64,000 nucleotides of DNA from Eledone cirrhosa (Eukaryota). Position 1 is the first letter of the stretch. The number at the start of each line of letters is the position of its first letter. The position numbers and the translations under genes were made by a program. The stretch spans positions 4,402,001 to 4,466,000 of the forward strand of contig OZ024752.1 in NCBI GenBank assembly GCA_964016885.1. The letters are read 5' to 3'. Of this stretch, positions 17,393-31,260 are shown in pieces. A model generated the notes under the pieces. That model was given only the letters and a program-made list of their open reading frames with translations, searched no databases and was not told the origin of the DNA.

Positions 17393-19456
17393 TGTGCTAA
17401 ACACACCCCATTAAGAACTATAAACAAATCTAAGAGCAGAATCCCTAGAAATAGAAAAACGCTCATCAGAAAAATTAAGAGAACGAACAAAAAAATCAAC
17501 AATCTGAAATACTGTCAGCAGCAACACATCAACTTGACTGCCATTTCATCACTAGAGATTAAAAAACATAACCTCCAAAACAACATAATGTCCCTCATCA
17601 ACAATCAGAGAAGAGCTGAAGAGGCCTGGGCCATTGAGAAGATCAAACTCAATCCCAAAGTGTTCTTTTCATTTGCAAAAAAACACAAAATCACTGGCTC
17701 TACTGTTGGCCCTCTAATTGATGAAAATGGCACTCTTCAAGACAATGCTAAAACTATGGGTGAGATACTGCAGAAACAATACTGCTCTGTTTTCAGCAAT
17801 CCTGATATGGCCGATCTGGGCTGTATCGGCGATGTTACTCCCCATTACACCTTATCGGACATAACGTTTGGCGCCCCTGATGTCTTGACGGCAATAAAGG
17901 AAATCAAGCATAATTCAGCAGTAGGTCCCGATAGGTTCCCTGCTTGTGTCTTGAAGGCGTGTCAACACCAACTTGCTTCTCCTCTTGCCAATCTGTGGCG
18001 GAACTCACTGGATGCTGGATATGTGCCAGAAAACCTTCTATCCCAGTCTGTTGTCCCAGTTTTCAAAAAGGGAAACAAATCCCTTGCCGTGAATTACCGT
18101 CCAATCTCACTCACCTCTCATATCATTAAGGTATTTGAGCGAGTGGTGAGATCGCGAATGACCCACTTCCTTGAGAGTAACAATATGCTGAACTCCAACC
18201 AGCATGGATTCCGTAATGGAAGGGATTGCCTGACGCAACTACTGCATCACTTTGATGACATTTTGAGAGCCTTGGGAGAGGGTTCCAACACTGATGTTAT
18301 CTACCTTGATTTCAGCAAGGCCTTTGACAGGGTTGATCATAACATTCTACTGAGAAAGCTGTCCAATATTGGTGTCACTGGAAAGCTGCTGCAGTGGATC
18401 AAGAGCTTCCTGTCAAACAGAACCCAACATGTTGTAGTTGAGGGAGTCAAATCAAGCCCAGCCAAAGTCAGTAGTGGAGTCCCACAAGGCACTGTGTTGG
18501 GCCCACTTCTCTTCATCATCTATATTAATGACATCACTGACATCATCAAACACAGCAACATTAAAATTTTCGCTGATGATTCCAAGCTCCAAAAGGTCAT
18601 CAATGGCGTGGATGACCGGATAAGCCTTCAGTCAGACCTACTGGCTGTTACCCAATGGGCAGAAAAGAACAACATGTTACTGAACGAAGACAAATTCGAA
18701 CTGATCCACTTTGGAAAAGAGGATGCTCTGAAACTCCCGTACTCCCTTCCCTCCGGGGAAACTCTCGTGGCATCTAACAACATCAGAGACTTGGGAGTAA
18801 CCGTGGACAGCAACATAAGCTGGACCACGCATATAAGCAGCAAAGTTGACATGGCCCGCAGAATGTGTTCCTGGATCCTCAGAACCTTCCAGTCGAGAGA
18901 TTCCCGCACCATTATCCTTCTCTTCTCTACTTTCGCCCGACCACACCTTGAATACTGTTGTCCACTGTGGTCTCCCCACACGAAACAAAGTATCATGAAA
19001 CTTGAAGCTCCTCAAAGGGCAATCACGAAAAAGATAGATGGCATGTCAGACCTTGACTACTGGGGTCGATTGGAAAACCTGAAACTTTACTCACTCCAAC
19101 GTCGCCGTGAGCGTTATATTATCTGCATGATGTGGAAAATGTTCCATCATCACTGCCCAAATGATGTTGGCATCGCCTTCAAGATACACCCAAGGCTTGG
19201 GCCCCGTGCTATCCGTCCCATTCAAAAATCTAAATCGCAACTCATAACAACAATACGGCACAATTATTTCACCTCAATCGGCCCTGCTCTCTTCAACATC
19301 ACACCAGGACACGTCAAAACAGAAACTGACCACACAAAATTCAAGAAGTCTTTGGACAAATTCCTCCAAGTAATCCCGGACAAACCACCCACACCCGGAT
19401 ATGTCTCCGCAAACAGTAATTCTCTTCTCGAATGGGCCATGGTGCCCAAATTCTGA
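17393..19456 (+). CDS. LINE ORF2 reverse transcriptase, C-terminal 687 aa, frame uninterrupted
   Basis: Motifs [58 protein letters not shown]; no APE domain (truncated). Confidence 0.93.
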   Translation, partial: CAKHTPLRTINKSKSRIPRNRKTLIRKIKRTNKKINNLKYCQQQHINLTAISSLEIKKHNLQNNIMSLINNQRRAEEAWAIEKIKLNPKVFFSFAKKHKITGSTVGPLIDENGTLQDNAKTMGEILQKQYCSVFSNPDMADLGCIGDVTPHYTLSDITFGAPDVLTAIKEIKHNSAVGPDRFPACVLKACQHQLASPLANLWRNSLDAGYVPENLLSQSVVPVFKKGNKSLAVNYRPISLTSHIIKVFERVVRSRMTHFLESNNMLNSNQHGFRNGRDCLTQLLHHFDDILRALGEGSNTDVIYLDFSKAFDRVDHNILLRKLSNIGVTGKLLQWIKSFLSNRTQHVVVEGVKSSPAKVSSGVPQGTVLGPLLFIIYINDITDIIKHSNIKIFADDSKLQKVINGVDDRISLQSDLLAVTQWAEKNNMLLNEDKFELIHFGKEDALKLPYSLPSGETLVASNNIRDLGVTVDSNISWTTHISSKVDMARRMCSWILRTFQSRDSRTIILLFSTFARPHLEYCCPLWSPHTKQSIMKLEAPQRAITKKIDGMSDLDYWGRLENLKLYSLQRRRERYIICMMWKMFHHHCPNDVGIAFKIHPRLGPRAIRPIQKSKSQLITTIRHNYFTSIGPALFNITPGHVKTETDHTKFKKSLDKFLQVIPDKPPTPGYVSANSNSLLEWAMVPKF

Positions 19457-19543
19457 ATTGAAAGACTTCGCCAGGTGGTGCTATTAAGTTAGACATGGCC
19501 TGGGCCAATACTGGCCAAAACATTTCAAAGTTATTCAAAGTTA
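17393..19543 (+). mobile_element. 5'-truncated CR1-group LINE
   Basis: RT ORF, short 3' UTR and tail TTCAAAGTTA x2, flanked by TA arrays. Confidence 0.9.
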
Positions 19544-20715
19544 TATGTATATATATATGTATATATATATATGTATATATATATATGTATATATATATAT
19601 GTATATATATATGTATATATATATGTATATATATATGTATATATATATATGTATATATATATATGTATATATATATGTATGTATATATATATATGTATAT
19701 ATGTATGTATATATATATATGTATATATATATGTATATATATATATGTATATATATATGTATATATATATGTATATATATATGTATGTATATATGTATAT
19801 ATATATGTATGTATATATGTATATATATATGTATGTATATATATATGTATGTATATATATATGTATATATATATGTATGTATATATATATGTATGTATAT
19901 ATATATGTATGTATATATATATGTATATATATATGTATGTATATATATATGTATATATATATGTATATATATATGTATATATATATGTGTATATATATAT
20001 GTATATATATATGTATATATATATATGTATATATATATGTATATATATATGTATATATATATGTATATATGTATGTATATGTATATATATGTATATATAT
20101 ATATGTATGTATAAGTATATATATATGTATATATATATATGTATATATATATATATGTATATATATGTATATATATATATGTATATATATATATGTATAT
20201 ATATGTATGTATATATATGTATATATATATATGTATATATATGTATATATATATATGTATATATATATATGTATATATATATATGTATATATATATATAT
20301 GTATATATGTATGTATATATATGTATATATATATATGTATATATATGTATATATATATATGTATATATATATATGTATATATATATATGTATATATATAT
20401 ATGTATATATATATATGTATATATATATATATGTATATATATGTATATATATATATGTATATATATATATATGTATATATATGTATATATATGTATATAT
20501 ATATATGTATATATATGTATATTTATATATGTATATATATATATGTATATATATGTATATATATGTATATATATATATGTATATATATGTATGTATATAT
20601 ATGTATATATATGTATATATATGTATGTATATATATGTATATATATGTATATATATGTATGTATATATATGTATATATATGTATATATATGTATGTATAT
20701 ATATGTATATATATG

Positions 20716-20748
<33 letters not shown>

Positions 20749-21265
20749 GTATGTATATATATGTATATATATGTATATATATGTATATATATGTATATAT
20801 ATGTATGTATATATATGTATATATATGTATATATATATATGTATATATATGTATATATATATATGTATATATATGTATATATATATATGTATGTATATAT
20901 ATGTATATATGTATGTATATATGTATATATATATATGTATATATATGTATATATATATATGTATGTATATATATGTATATATGTATGTATATATGTATAT
21001 ATATATATGTATATATATGTATGTATATATATATATGTATATATATGTATGTATATATATGTATATATATATGTATATGTATATATATGTATATATATGT
21101 ATATATATGTATATATATATGTATATATATATGTATATATATGTATATATATATGTATATATATATGTATATATATATGTATATATATGTATATATATAT
21201 GTATATATATGTATATATATATGTATATGTATATGTATATATATATGTATATGTATATGTATATG

Positions 21266-21333
<68 letters not shown>

Positions 21334-21358
21334 GATATATGTATATATATATATATAT
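19544..21358. repeat. (TA)n/(TATG) compound microsatellite
   Basis: Same composition as the array upstream of the LINE. Confidence 0.97.
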
Positions 21359-21527
21359 AGTTTTAATATAGATGAGATAATATAGATCAGGAATCCATGA
21401 TGATTTCTAAAGAATGAAACAGTTCTAGTCCTGTAGAATCTCATCTATATTAAAACTTTTATACTCTGCAATGTATTGAGTACCTTACTTACTGTGGTTA
21501 CCTCCGATTCAACCCAAAATAACGTAT
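21359..21527 (+). mobile_element. Short inverted-arm element with hairpin tail (putative Penelope-like pLTR derivative)
   Basis: Perfect 20-bp inverted repeat 21359-21378 / 21438-21457; tail TACTC-TGCAATGTA-TT-GAGTA. Confidence 0.6.
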
Positions 21528-21530
21528 ATT

Positions 21531-21823
21531 CATTTTCATTCATTTCATTTTACGTCCGCTTTTTCCCTGCTTGCAAGGTTGGGACGGGAACTGATTCTGG
21601 CTTGATTTCTACAGCTGGATGCCCTTCCTAACACCAACCTCATTTACAGTGAGTGCTGGGTGCTTTTTTGCCATAGCACCTCCACGACCACTTTGCAGCT
21701 GAGTAAACTGGAGCAATGTGAAATAAAGTGTCTTGCTCAAGGAAACAACATATCACCCGGTCTGAGAATTGAACTCACAACCTTTCGATTGCAAGGCCAA
21801 TGCTCTAACCACTAAGCCATGTG

Positions 21824-21826
<3 letters not shown>
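21531..21826 (-). mobile_element. CORE-type tRNA SINE (internal deletion)
   Basis: Matches the 33291 family: head, core, RTE-like tail. Confidence 0.88.
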
Positions 21827-21876
<50 letters not shown>

Positions 21877-22280
21877 GGGCACATGGCTTAGTGGTTAGAG
21901 CATTGGCCTTGCAATATATATATATACATATTCATGTGTGTGTGTGTGTAGTGTAGTAGGGAACATTCTAAGTGAGTGTGTCTAATTGGTTAAAGGAATT
22001 CTTTTCCTTCAGTGAAGGAGGTATTTATTAATTACTAAGGGCTATTCTATTATACACATAACTTGCTTTGTTTATAATTGCTAAGGTGGACTGCTTGTGT
22101 GTGAGGATGTGTCTGTAGGGTGGTGGGGTTACACCAGTGGGCAGTTTAGTTTTGTGAGGTGTTGTCATCTGACATATATATAATTACTGACAGTGTATAT
22201 ATATATATATATATAATGTGTGTGTGTGCGCATGTATATGTATGTGTGTATATATATATGTGTGTGTTTATATTTATAAA

Positions 22281-22331
<51 letters not shown>

Positions 22332-22341
22332 TAGTTATCTA

Positions 22342-22770
22342 TCTATATAATACTAACAGTTTGTGATTGTGTGCTTGTCTGTAATGTAATACAGCCAAAA
22401 GGGGCGCATAATGGGAAATACTTTGAAAGGAAGTTGCCCCTGAAATGGGAATACAAATGGAATAAAACAAGTTTCACGTAAATCTGACCACAAGTTCCCG
22501 AGTTATGGGGGTTTCTGGGTACTTTCATAAACAGAGAGAGAGAAAGATAGAGAGGAAGAGATAGTGGTTGTGAGAGAGTAGACTGTGAGAGAGTAGATTG
22601 AAAGAGAGAGAGAGAGAGAGGAGAGAGAAGGAGAATGTAAGAGAGCTGGTGGTGGTGTTGTGTATGTATATATGACCTTCCAATTTCATTTTACATTATA
22701 TGTCTATATTTTAATCCTTTAAAAATTTAATTTTAAAAGTACGTGACCCAACGGGTCACTGGTGGTCAAG
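22342..22770 (+). mobile_element. Probable non-autonomous Helitron
   Basis: 5' TCTATATAATACT; 3' hairpin GTGACCC-AAC-GGGTCAC followed by TGGTGGTCAAG (decayed CTAG). Confidence 0.55.
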
Positions 22771-22838
22771 TGTGTGTGTATACACACATATATATATATA
22801 TACATATATATATAGATATATAGATACATACATATACA

Positions 22839-22886
<48 letters not shown>

Positions 22887-22984
22887 CATATATATATATA
22901 CATATATATATATACACACATACATATATATATACATATATGTATACATATATATATATACACACATACATGTCACCTATATAT

Positions 22985-23314
22985 ATTCTAGGGCGGGTAA
23001 AATTCCCGAGATCCATGGACGAGTTCTCTCCAGTGGTCTCTGTCCCTCATAATCGCTGCCATGTCCTGCGTCTCCAACAGACCAGTGTCTGTCATTAGGG
23101 AATCAACATACGTTAACCTTGGTCTTCCTCTTCTAGTGTGTCCATGTAGGGGCTCCCACAGGAGCACTGAGTGAAATGTCAACTCTGGATGTCGGTGAGC
23201 ATGTCCAGCTAACCTCAGTCTCCTCTGTGTTACTTTTGAGCTGACTTTTGGGAGGCTCCCATACAGCTGTGAGTTTTTCATCCTCAGTGTATACTGATTA
23301 ATGTTCAGAGCCAT
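22985..23314 (-). mobile_element. RTE LINE 3' end (non-inverted copy)
   Basis: MALNINQYTLRMKNSQLYG..RRLRLAGH..REFYPP*; same family as 5874 and 54170. Confidence 0.9.
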
Positions 23315-23324
23315 ATATATATAT

Positions 23325-23387
<63 letters not shown>

Positions 23388-23545
23388 TTGGTGCTCTGAA
23401 ATAGCGATATATATATGAATGTTTATATAGTGTATTTTGCAATACACTGTATGCTTAATTAAAAGCATTTCGAAGACCTTACGCTATTGTTTTAGAGTAG
23501 TGACAGTCTCACTTACTTTAAATTTTCAGCAAACAGGAGAGATAA

Positions 23546-23590
23546 AGCTGACAGAGCTCTGTTTCGTATTTTTGGGTACTTATCAAAACT
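23546..23590 (-). ncRNA. Decayed minimal type I hammerhead ribozyme motif
   Basis: AGTT-TTGATAA-GTA(cccaaaaa)TAC-GAAAC-AGAGCTCT-GTC-AGCT: stems I-III pair, core carries two transitions; enclosed by a further 15-bp imperfect stem. Confidence 0.55.
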
Positions 23591-24213
23591 AAGTACTCCA
23601 CCTGTTTGTTGAAAATCATGAATGTTTGATTCTTATAGAATTCTAGTAATAATCAGGAACTGATTATACAGAGCAGTTGCCGGTCAAGCAGAAATTGAAA
23701 ATTCATTTCTCTCAACAACTTACTGGCGAAACAGATCACTTTGGATTTGTACGTGTGTTATATAGTTATAGAGGTATTAATATTACTCTTTAATTCATAT
23801 TTTTAATTATCGTGTCTATACTCTGCCTTTCATAGGTTATAGATTCCATACACTGGTGGTTTTTCCCTGTTTTATTGATAACGCACTGTATCTCTCTCTA
23901 GTGTGTTACCTCTTCAACATATTGTATATATATAGACTCAGGTGACTGATGACAACACTATGGACAACTAAATAGATTGTATGCTCTGATAAATGGTAGT
24001 GGTGGTGGGGGAGCCTGTGACTGACAGGGGGAGAGTCCCTAGGCCTGTCATTGTTTGAGACTATATGTCTATGCCATGCCATTAAACCATTGGTGTCTTA
24101 TTGTAAATTGATTCTCAGTCTTTTAATCTCAAAGCAGATAGGATCTCTACTTATTTATTCATTTCCCATTTTCCTCTCTCATTCTATCTCTCTTTCTATC
24201 TACATATACACAC

Positions 24214-24244
<31 letters not shown>

Positions 24245-24256
24245 CATATATATATA

Positions 24257-24941
24257 TCTAAACTATAATAAAGTAAGACGTGGGACTGCGTACGGTTTAT
24301 AATTTTTTTATCCCCTTAGTAAAATAAGTTGGATTACTTTGAATAAATAATGAATGAATATTACATAATTTATCTACTAAATTTTGTGGCTGTTCATTAA
24401 ATATATTTTATTATTTATTATTTATTTCGGGCGGTGGATTGGCAGTATCGGTAGAGGGTCGGACGCCATGCTTTCCAGCATAGTTACGTCCCTTTACGAT
24501 CTGAGTTCAAATCCCGCCGAGGTTGACTTTGCCTTTCATCCTTACGGGGTCGATAAAATAAAGTACCAGTAATGCACTGGGTAATTGCTGGCCTTGTGCC
24601 TAACGTAGAAACAATTATTTATTTAAAGATTCACTTCTTTAATATTTTCAAATGTCAACACTTCCAGTGGCGATCGCTTAAATAAACATATTAATTTTCT
24701 GTCACTAATTTTCTCCTAATGCAGTTTATATATATTATCATTCTTTTTTTAATGTATCATGGATTACGTTACTGATTACATAAGACAGTGTAACACGGTC
24801 TTCGTTCAATTTCTGTGTATATTGTTAATTACGATGTTATTTGATGTATCATATCTACATGTATATATACTTGCGTATAATATCAATATACACACTACAC
24901 ATGCCCGTAGAAAACCACCCGAAGGGTGGTTTTTCGGCTAG
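24257..24941 (+). mobile_element. Non-autonomous Helitron with nested SINE
   Basis: 5' TCTAAACTATAATAAAG; 3' hairpin AAAACCACCC-GAA-GGGTGGTTTT then CTAG; A/T flanks. Confidence 0.75.
24429..24617 (+). mobile_element. Meta-domain-type tRNA SINE, full length
   Basis: A/B boxes and core GCCTTTCATCCTTACGGGGTCGATAAAATAAAGTACCAG. Confidence 0.9.
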
Positions 24942-24986
24942 TATATATAATGCCTCTATGAATGTGATTGTGTGTGTGTGTATATG

Positions 24987-25029
<43 letters not shown>

Positions 25030-25060
25030 GTGTGTGTGTGTATATATTTATATCTATATG

Positions 25061-25093
<33 letters not shown>

Positions 25094-25246
25094 ATATACA
25101 CACACATGTATGTATGTATATATATATACACACACACAAAGAGGGAGAGAGACTCACAGAGGTGATGACGAAGGACCGTGATAAGTGGCAGGATGTCATG
25201 CTGCAAAGGACCCGTTCAACCCATGCAATCGTGAAAAATGACCCTT

Positions 25247-25378
25247 ACAGCTGAGTAAACTGGAGCAATGTGAAATAAAGTGTCTTGCTCAAGGAAACAA
25301 CACATCACCCGGTCTGAGAATTGAACTCACAACCTTTCGATTGCAAGGCCAATGCTCTAACCACTAAGCCATGTGCAC
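25247..25378 (-). mobile_element. CORE-type SINE head + core
   Basis: Matches the 5' half of the 33291 copy. Confidence 0.85.
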
Positions 25379-26083
25379 CACACGTGTTTGTGTGTAGTAA
25401 CATTGAAATATTCAAGATGGTGATTGAGAATTCCATTATACCACTTCAGGAGTGAGTGATGGCCCTCTCGGTCATGTCAGAGCATCTAACTAGGAAGTTG
25501 ATAATACAGGGTTCCTTATCCATGGTCTGGGGTTAGAAGTAACCTCTGTTACACTGCTATGTAGCTTTATGGATAAGTCCAACACAGTAGTACACTCTCT
25601 TATACAAGGTGTGATGGTAACTTTAAATCAATTTTCAATAGACTGGATTTCCATCAGCCTCCTTCAGCTGGGAGGAACTACCAATACACATATACTCTGC
25701 TACTTACACACACAAACACACACCCCATCATCATCATCATTTAATATCATCATCATTATCGTTTAACGTCTATCTTCCACACTAGCATGGGTTAGACGGG
25801 AATTGTGAGTGTGTGTTATATGTGTATGTATGTGTTTGTAAGTGTATCTGGAATATACCACAGAAAGCAATATATATATATCCAATATATATATTGGATA
25901 TATATATATATCCAATATATATATATCCAATATATATATATCCAATATATATATATCCAATATATATATATCCAATATATATATATCCAATATATATATA
26001 TATTGCTTTCTGTGGTATATGCCAACTGGCCTCTTCCCTTTCAGATAGACATTGTTACCATGGTTCTATTCAATCTTTAATTA

Positions 26084-26359
26084 TCTGCAACTAACCCAGG
26101 TTCTGCTGCATGTCGGGCTGAGGGGGCCAAGCTCCTCAAATACCGGTCGCTCTCCGAGAGGTTTGCGGTTGTACCCCTAGCAGTGGAGACTTCTGGTGTC
26201 CTCGGCCCCAGGGCTACCTCCCTACTGACCACCATAGGGGATGAACTGGCCAGCCGCAGGTGTGAACCCCGCGAGTTGGAGTGGCTTTTCCAGCGCGTCT
26301 CCCTTGTCGTCCTCTGTGGAAACGCCTTCTCCATCCTGTCCATAACATTCCATATTTAG
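26084..26359 (+). pseudogene. CRE-clade non-LTR retrotransposon C-terminal (restriction-like endonuclease) fragment
   Basis: Manual translation: AEGAKLLKYRSL..FAVVPLAVETSGVLGP..REL EWLFQRVSLVVLCGNAFSIL, typical of the CRE C-terminus (PxAVETxG, QRxSxAxQRGNA). Confidence 0.7.
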
Positions 26360-26450
26360 GTATCCAGATTAATTATTTGAGTAGTTTCAGTGTAAAATAT
26401 CTTGTTTGTATGTAAAGTTGACAATGTCAACTGAGAAGCCTTTATGAATT

Positions 26451-27650
26451 TATGTATTTATTACACACACAGTGTGTGTGAGGGTCTCTGTGGGAGTGTG
26501 TGTGTATTTGTGTCTGTTATGTATTTATTACACACACAGTGTGTGTGAGGGTCTCTGTGGGAGTGTGTGTGTATTTGTGTCTGTTATGTATTTATTACAC
26601 ACACAGTGTGTGTGAGTGTCTCTGTGGGAGTGTGTGTGTATTTGTGTCTGTTATGTATTTATTACACACACAGTGTGTGTGAGTGTCTCTGTGGGAGTGT
26701 GTGTGTATTTGTGTCTGTTATGTATTTATTACACACACAGTGTGTGTGAGTGTCTCTGTGGGAGTGTGTGTGTATTTGTGTCTGTTATGTATTTATTACA
26801 CACACAGTGTGTGTGAGTGTCTCTGTGGGAGTGTGTGTGTATTTGTGTCTGTTATGTATTTATTACACACACAGTGTGTGTGAGTGTCTCTGTGGGAGTG
26901 TGTGTGTATTTGTGTCTGTTATGTATTTATTACACACACAGTGTGTGTGAGTGTCTCTGTGGGAGTGTGTGTGTATTTGTGTCTGTTATGTATTTATTAC
27001 ACACACAGTGTGTGTGAGTGTCTCTGTGGGAGTGTGTGTGTATTTGTGTCTGTTATGTATTTATTACACACACAGTGTGTGTGAGGGTCTCTGTGGGAGT
27101 GTGTGTGTATTTGTGTCTGTTATGTATTTATTACACACACAGTGTGTGTGAGGGTCTCTGTGGGAGTGTGTGTGTATTTGTGTCTGTTATGTATTTATTA
27201 CACACACAGTGTGTGTGAGGGTCTCTGTGGGAGTGTGTGTGTATTTGTGTCTGTTATGTATTTATTACACACACAGTGTGTGTGAGGGTCTCTGTGGGAG
27301 TGTGTGTGTATTTGTGTCTGTTATGTATTTATTACACACACAGTGTGTGTGAGGGTCTCTGTGGGAGTGTGTGTGTATTTGTGTCTGTTATGTATTTATT
27401 ACACACACAGTGTGTGTGAGTGTCTCTGTGGGAGTGTGTGTGTATTTGTGTCTGTTATGTATTTATTACACACACAGTGTGTGTGAGGGTCTCTGTGGGA
27501 GTGTGTGTGTATTTGTGTCTGTTATGTATTTATTACACACACAGTGTGTGTGAGTGTCTCTGTGGGAGTGTGTGTGTATTTGTGTCTGTTATGTATTTAT
27601 TACACACACAGTGTGTGTGTGTGAGGGTCTCTGTGGGAGTGTGTGTGTGT
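26451..27650. repeat. 67-bp tandem minisatellite, ~18 copies
   Basis: Unit TTATGTATTTATTACACACACAGTGTGTGTGAGKGTCTCTGTGGGAGTGTGTGTGTATTTGTGTCTG. Confidence 0.97.
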
Positions 27651-28137
27651 GTGCATGAGTCTGTGTGTATCTGTCTGTCTCTCTCTATGAGTTTGTGTGT
27701 CTCTGAATTTCTCTGTGTGTGTATGTGAGTCTCTGTGTGTCTGTCTGTCTGTGTGTGTGTGTGCCAGTGTGTCTATGTGAGTCTGTCTCTGTGTGTATGT
27801 CCTTATCAGTACCAATCCTTCCAGCATTTGAATAAATCTGAATATATTTAAGTGTTCTGTGTTTTAATCTATTCCCCATTTGCACTGATGAGGTTAACTT
27901 TCCTATGTTCTAAACCACAAAAAACTGCACTCTTTAACCTCACTTAGAAGTGACCATTCATTAAAGGTCTCGGGTGTCAAATACTGGCAGTGACCTTCCT
28001 TATCCATGCCAATGTATATGAGCCAATTGAGAAACCTGTATGTGGTCCTTAACTTGCTAGAAGTAGCAGCAATGTTTGTTTCAATTCACATTTGCTTTAG
28101 AATGTCTGTCTTAAGCCAGAAAGCTCATTAGGCTGAT

Positions 28138-28372
28138 CCTTATCCCGGTTTCATGGCGTGGAATGACAGAGTACAAGACTCCCCCCCCCTGGACAGGCCA
28201 CCAGTCCATTGCAGGGTTAACCCCCCTCCCCTCTTGCTGTTATTCATTTTCAGCTGAGTATACTGGCGTAACGTGAAAGGAAGTGTTTTGCTCAAGAACA
28301 CAACACGCAACCCAGCCCAGGAATTGAACTCCACAACGTTATGATCGTAAGTCCAATACCCTTACCACTAGG
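28138..28372 (-). mobile_element. Second CORE-type tRNA SINE family, diverged
   Basis: Minus strand TAGTGGTAAGG..GAGTTCAATTCC head, GTGTTCTTGAGCAAAACACTT core, CCCTGCAATGGACTGG 3' part. Confidence 0.7.
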
Positions 28373-29364
28373 GAGTAGAATATAAAAGAGGTGGGATGGT
28401 CATATCTGGAATCCCTTTGATTGTAAATTTGTCTGTTCTACTAGAGTTGACTTGGAGGCTAAGCAACAAAAGCAACAGAGTAAAAGTAAAGTTATGCTCA
28501 ACTATAGAACAATTTAGAACCCCTGGGCACCTCTTTGCAGTCATTAAGCCTGCTAGAAATCACATTCTATTGGCTTTGGTGTAGGAGAGGCACATTGCAC
28601 AGTATACTTATAGATATCAGAAAAGAAGGTAATAGTCATGGTTGGAATGTCTGTTCAATTGTCTGCTAAAACTGTAGCTACATGACAACAGAATTGCCCT
28701 CCAAATATTATCCTGAGTTATTTGTGGACTTAGGTCATCTTTGTGTTTCATTCTTTCAAGTTTATGTATGGTATATACTGTTGCTGTTTGTTACACTAGT
28801 ACACTGTGGACAGTGTTTATGTATGGTATATACTGTTGCTGTTTGTTACACTAGTACACTGTGGACAGTGTTTAACCCTTCATCACCACATTTCTAATGA
28901 AAGAATTTCAAGGGATTTACTTATAAGAATTTCAAGGGATTTGTTTATAAGGGATTTGTTTATAAGAAAGTAACTTAGTGTAAGGTTCTTATATAAAATT
29001 ATGTTGGAAGATTTTAATTTAAATTGGAAACCTTTCAAATGGGTGATAGAACCAGAGCTAGGTTGGTAACTAAAGGGTTAAGTTCTAGGTAAATTTCACT
29101 CACTATCTTCTTTATAAACTGTGGATATGACATTTCTAGTGTCTGTCTGTCTGTCTTCCCCCTACACACACACACACACACACACATATATAGCTGTGTG
29201 TGTGTGTAGAATTGGCAGTCATTAGAGCATTTACACACACATATTTGTACATGAATGCATGTAGAATTGGCAGTTATTTGAGTGTATATATATATATATA
29301 TATGAAAGAGGGAAACGTTTTTGAGAATGTTAGATCCTATCTTAATAGAATTAATAGTGTAAAG

Positions 29365-29743
29365 CAGTGATTCTCAACAGTTGGCCAAGGGCCCACTCAT
29401 TGGGCCCGAGACAATTTTGAGTGGGCCCAGAGAAATTTCAGTGGGCCTAGAAATTTTTTCAGACTTTCTTGGAACTTAAGATCACACAAAATTTAAATGC
29501 AGTCGGGATCATATGGGGGTAAGTGTTCCAGAATGGTCTTTCAGCACTGACCCTGGCAGTTTCTAGGGAATAAAGTGGGCCGGGAGAACAAAAAGATTGA
29601 GAAGCACTAGTATATATATCATGTGGGGGTTATAGTCCGGAATAGTTTTTGAGCACTAGTTTACACTTGTAAAATAAGTGGGCCCAGACATTTTTGCAGG
29701 AGCTAAAAGTGGGCCCGAGGGTCAAAAAGGTTGAGAAACACTG
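29365..29743. mobile_element. hAT (Charlie-like) MITE
   Basis: TIR CAGTGWTTCTCAAC; 8-bp TSD GTGTAAAG / GTCTAAAG; repeated GGGCCC subterminal motifs. Confidence 0.85.
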
Positions 29744-30128
29744 GTCTAAAGGTAAAATACCTAGGGACGCCTTCTGCAGATGCATCTATCTATAATTAAA
29801 TGTTCAGTTGAGGCTTATACAATAAATAACAAACGAGATATGGTTTGACAGTAATCGCAGACACACTTTTTATTGTAAAGTCAGATTTTATATTAATCCA
29901 AGATAATCCCCGAGAAGAAAGACTCCTGTCACTAATAATGCCCCTGCTATATCTCAATGTATTACTATTATATACATGGTCTTCTCCACAAGATGTATAC
30001 ACACTTTGATTAGTATGCTGTTGAAGTGTGAATACATTTTTTGGGGACACCTTGTGTGTGTGTGTATATAAACTAACCCCAACAAAAATTTACCCCCAAA
30101 CTGAATAATTGTAAAGAACATAAAGCAA

Positions 30129-30263
30129 GAACAACGATGACAACAACAACAACAGCAACAGCGATTACAACAACAACAGCGATTACAACAACAACAGCGA
30201 TTACAACAACGATGACAACTACAACAGCAACAACGATTACAACAACGATGACAACAATGATGA

Positions 30264-30305
<42 letters not shown>

Positions 30306-31135
30306 CAACAGCGATGACAACAACAGCAGCAGCAACAACGAGGACAACAACAGCAACAACAATAACGAGGACAACAACAACGAGGACAACAACAGCAACA
30401 ACAACAACGATGACAACAACGAGGACAACAACAACAACGATGACAACAACGAGGACAGCAACAACAACAACGATGACAACAATGATGACAACAACAATGA
30501 TGACAACAACAATGATGACAACAACGAGGACAACAACAACAATGAGGACAACAACAACAATGAGGACAACAACAACAACGAGGACAGCAACAACAATGAG
30601 GACAGCAACAACAACAACGATGACAACAATGAGGACAACAACAATGAGGACAACAACAACGAGGACAACAACAACGAGGACAACAACAACAACAACGAGG
30701 ACAACAACAACAATGAGGACAACAACGAGGACAACAACAACAACAACGATGACAACAACAGCAACAACAACGATGACAACAACAACAACAACGAGGACAA
30801 CAACAAAGTTAATTACTTTGTCAAAAGCAGAAGAGGGGGAAGAGAGTGCAGAAATGTTTCCCTTTACGTCCCCCACCCCTCTTTATATTGTATCTAATTG
30901 TGGCGGAGGGGGTGGGGGACAGTGGTGGTGGTGGTGAGAGTGGTGATGATGATGATGATGGTGGTGGTGAGAGTGGTGGTGAAGATGATGATGATGGTGG
31001 TGGTGGTGGTGAGAGTGATGATGAGGATGATGATGGTGGTGGTGGTGGTGAGAGTGGTGGTGGTGAGAGTGAGGATGATGGTGGTGGTGGTGATGACAGT
31101 GGTGGTGGTGGTGGTGGTGGTGGTGGTGAGAGCGG
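30129..31135. repeat. Compound (AAC)n followed by (GGT/GAT)n trinucleotide arrays
   Basis: Direct reading. Confidence 0.95.
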
Positions 31136-31205
31136 TGCTGGTTTGTGCAATGGTAAAACCATTATCAATAAAATTACCCTACAGAAGTAACTCCTTCACA
31201 TTGTG

Positions 31206-31260
<55 letters not shown>

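Noticed and set aside
26451-27650. CRISPR-like periodic array
   Set aside because: No unique spacers and no cas genes; a eukaryotic minisatellite
28761-28965. Short local tandem duplications (~55 bp x2; ~25 bp x3)
   Set aside because: Ordinary slippage duplications with no further structure
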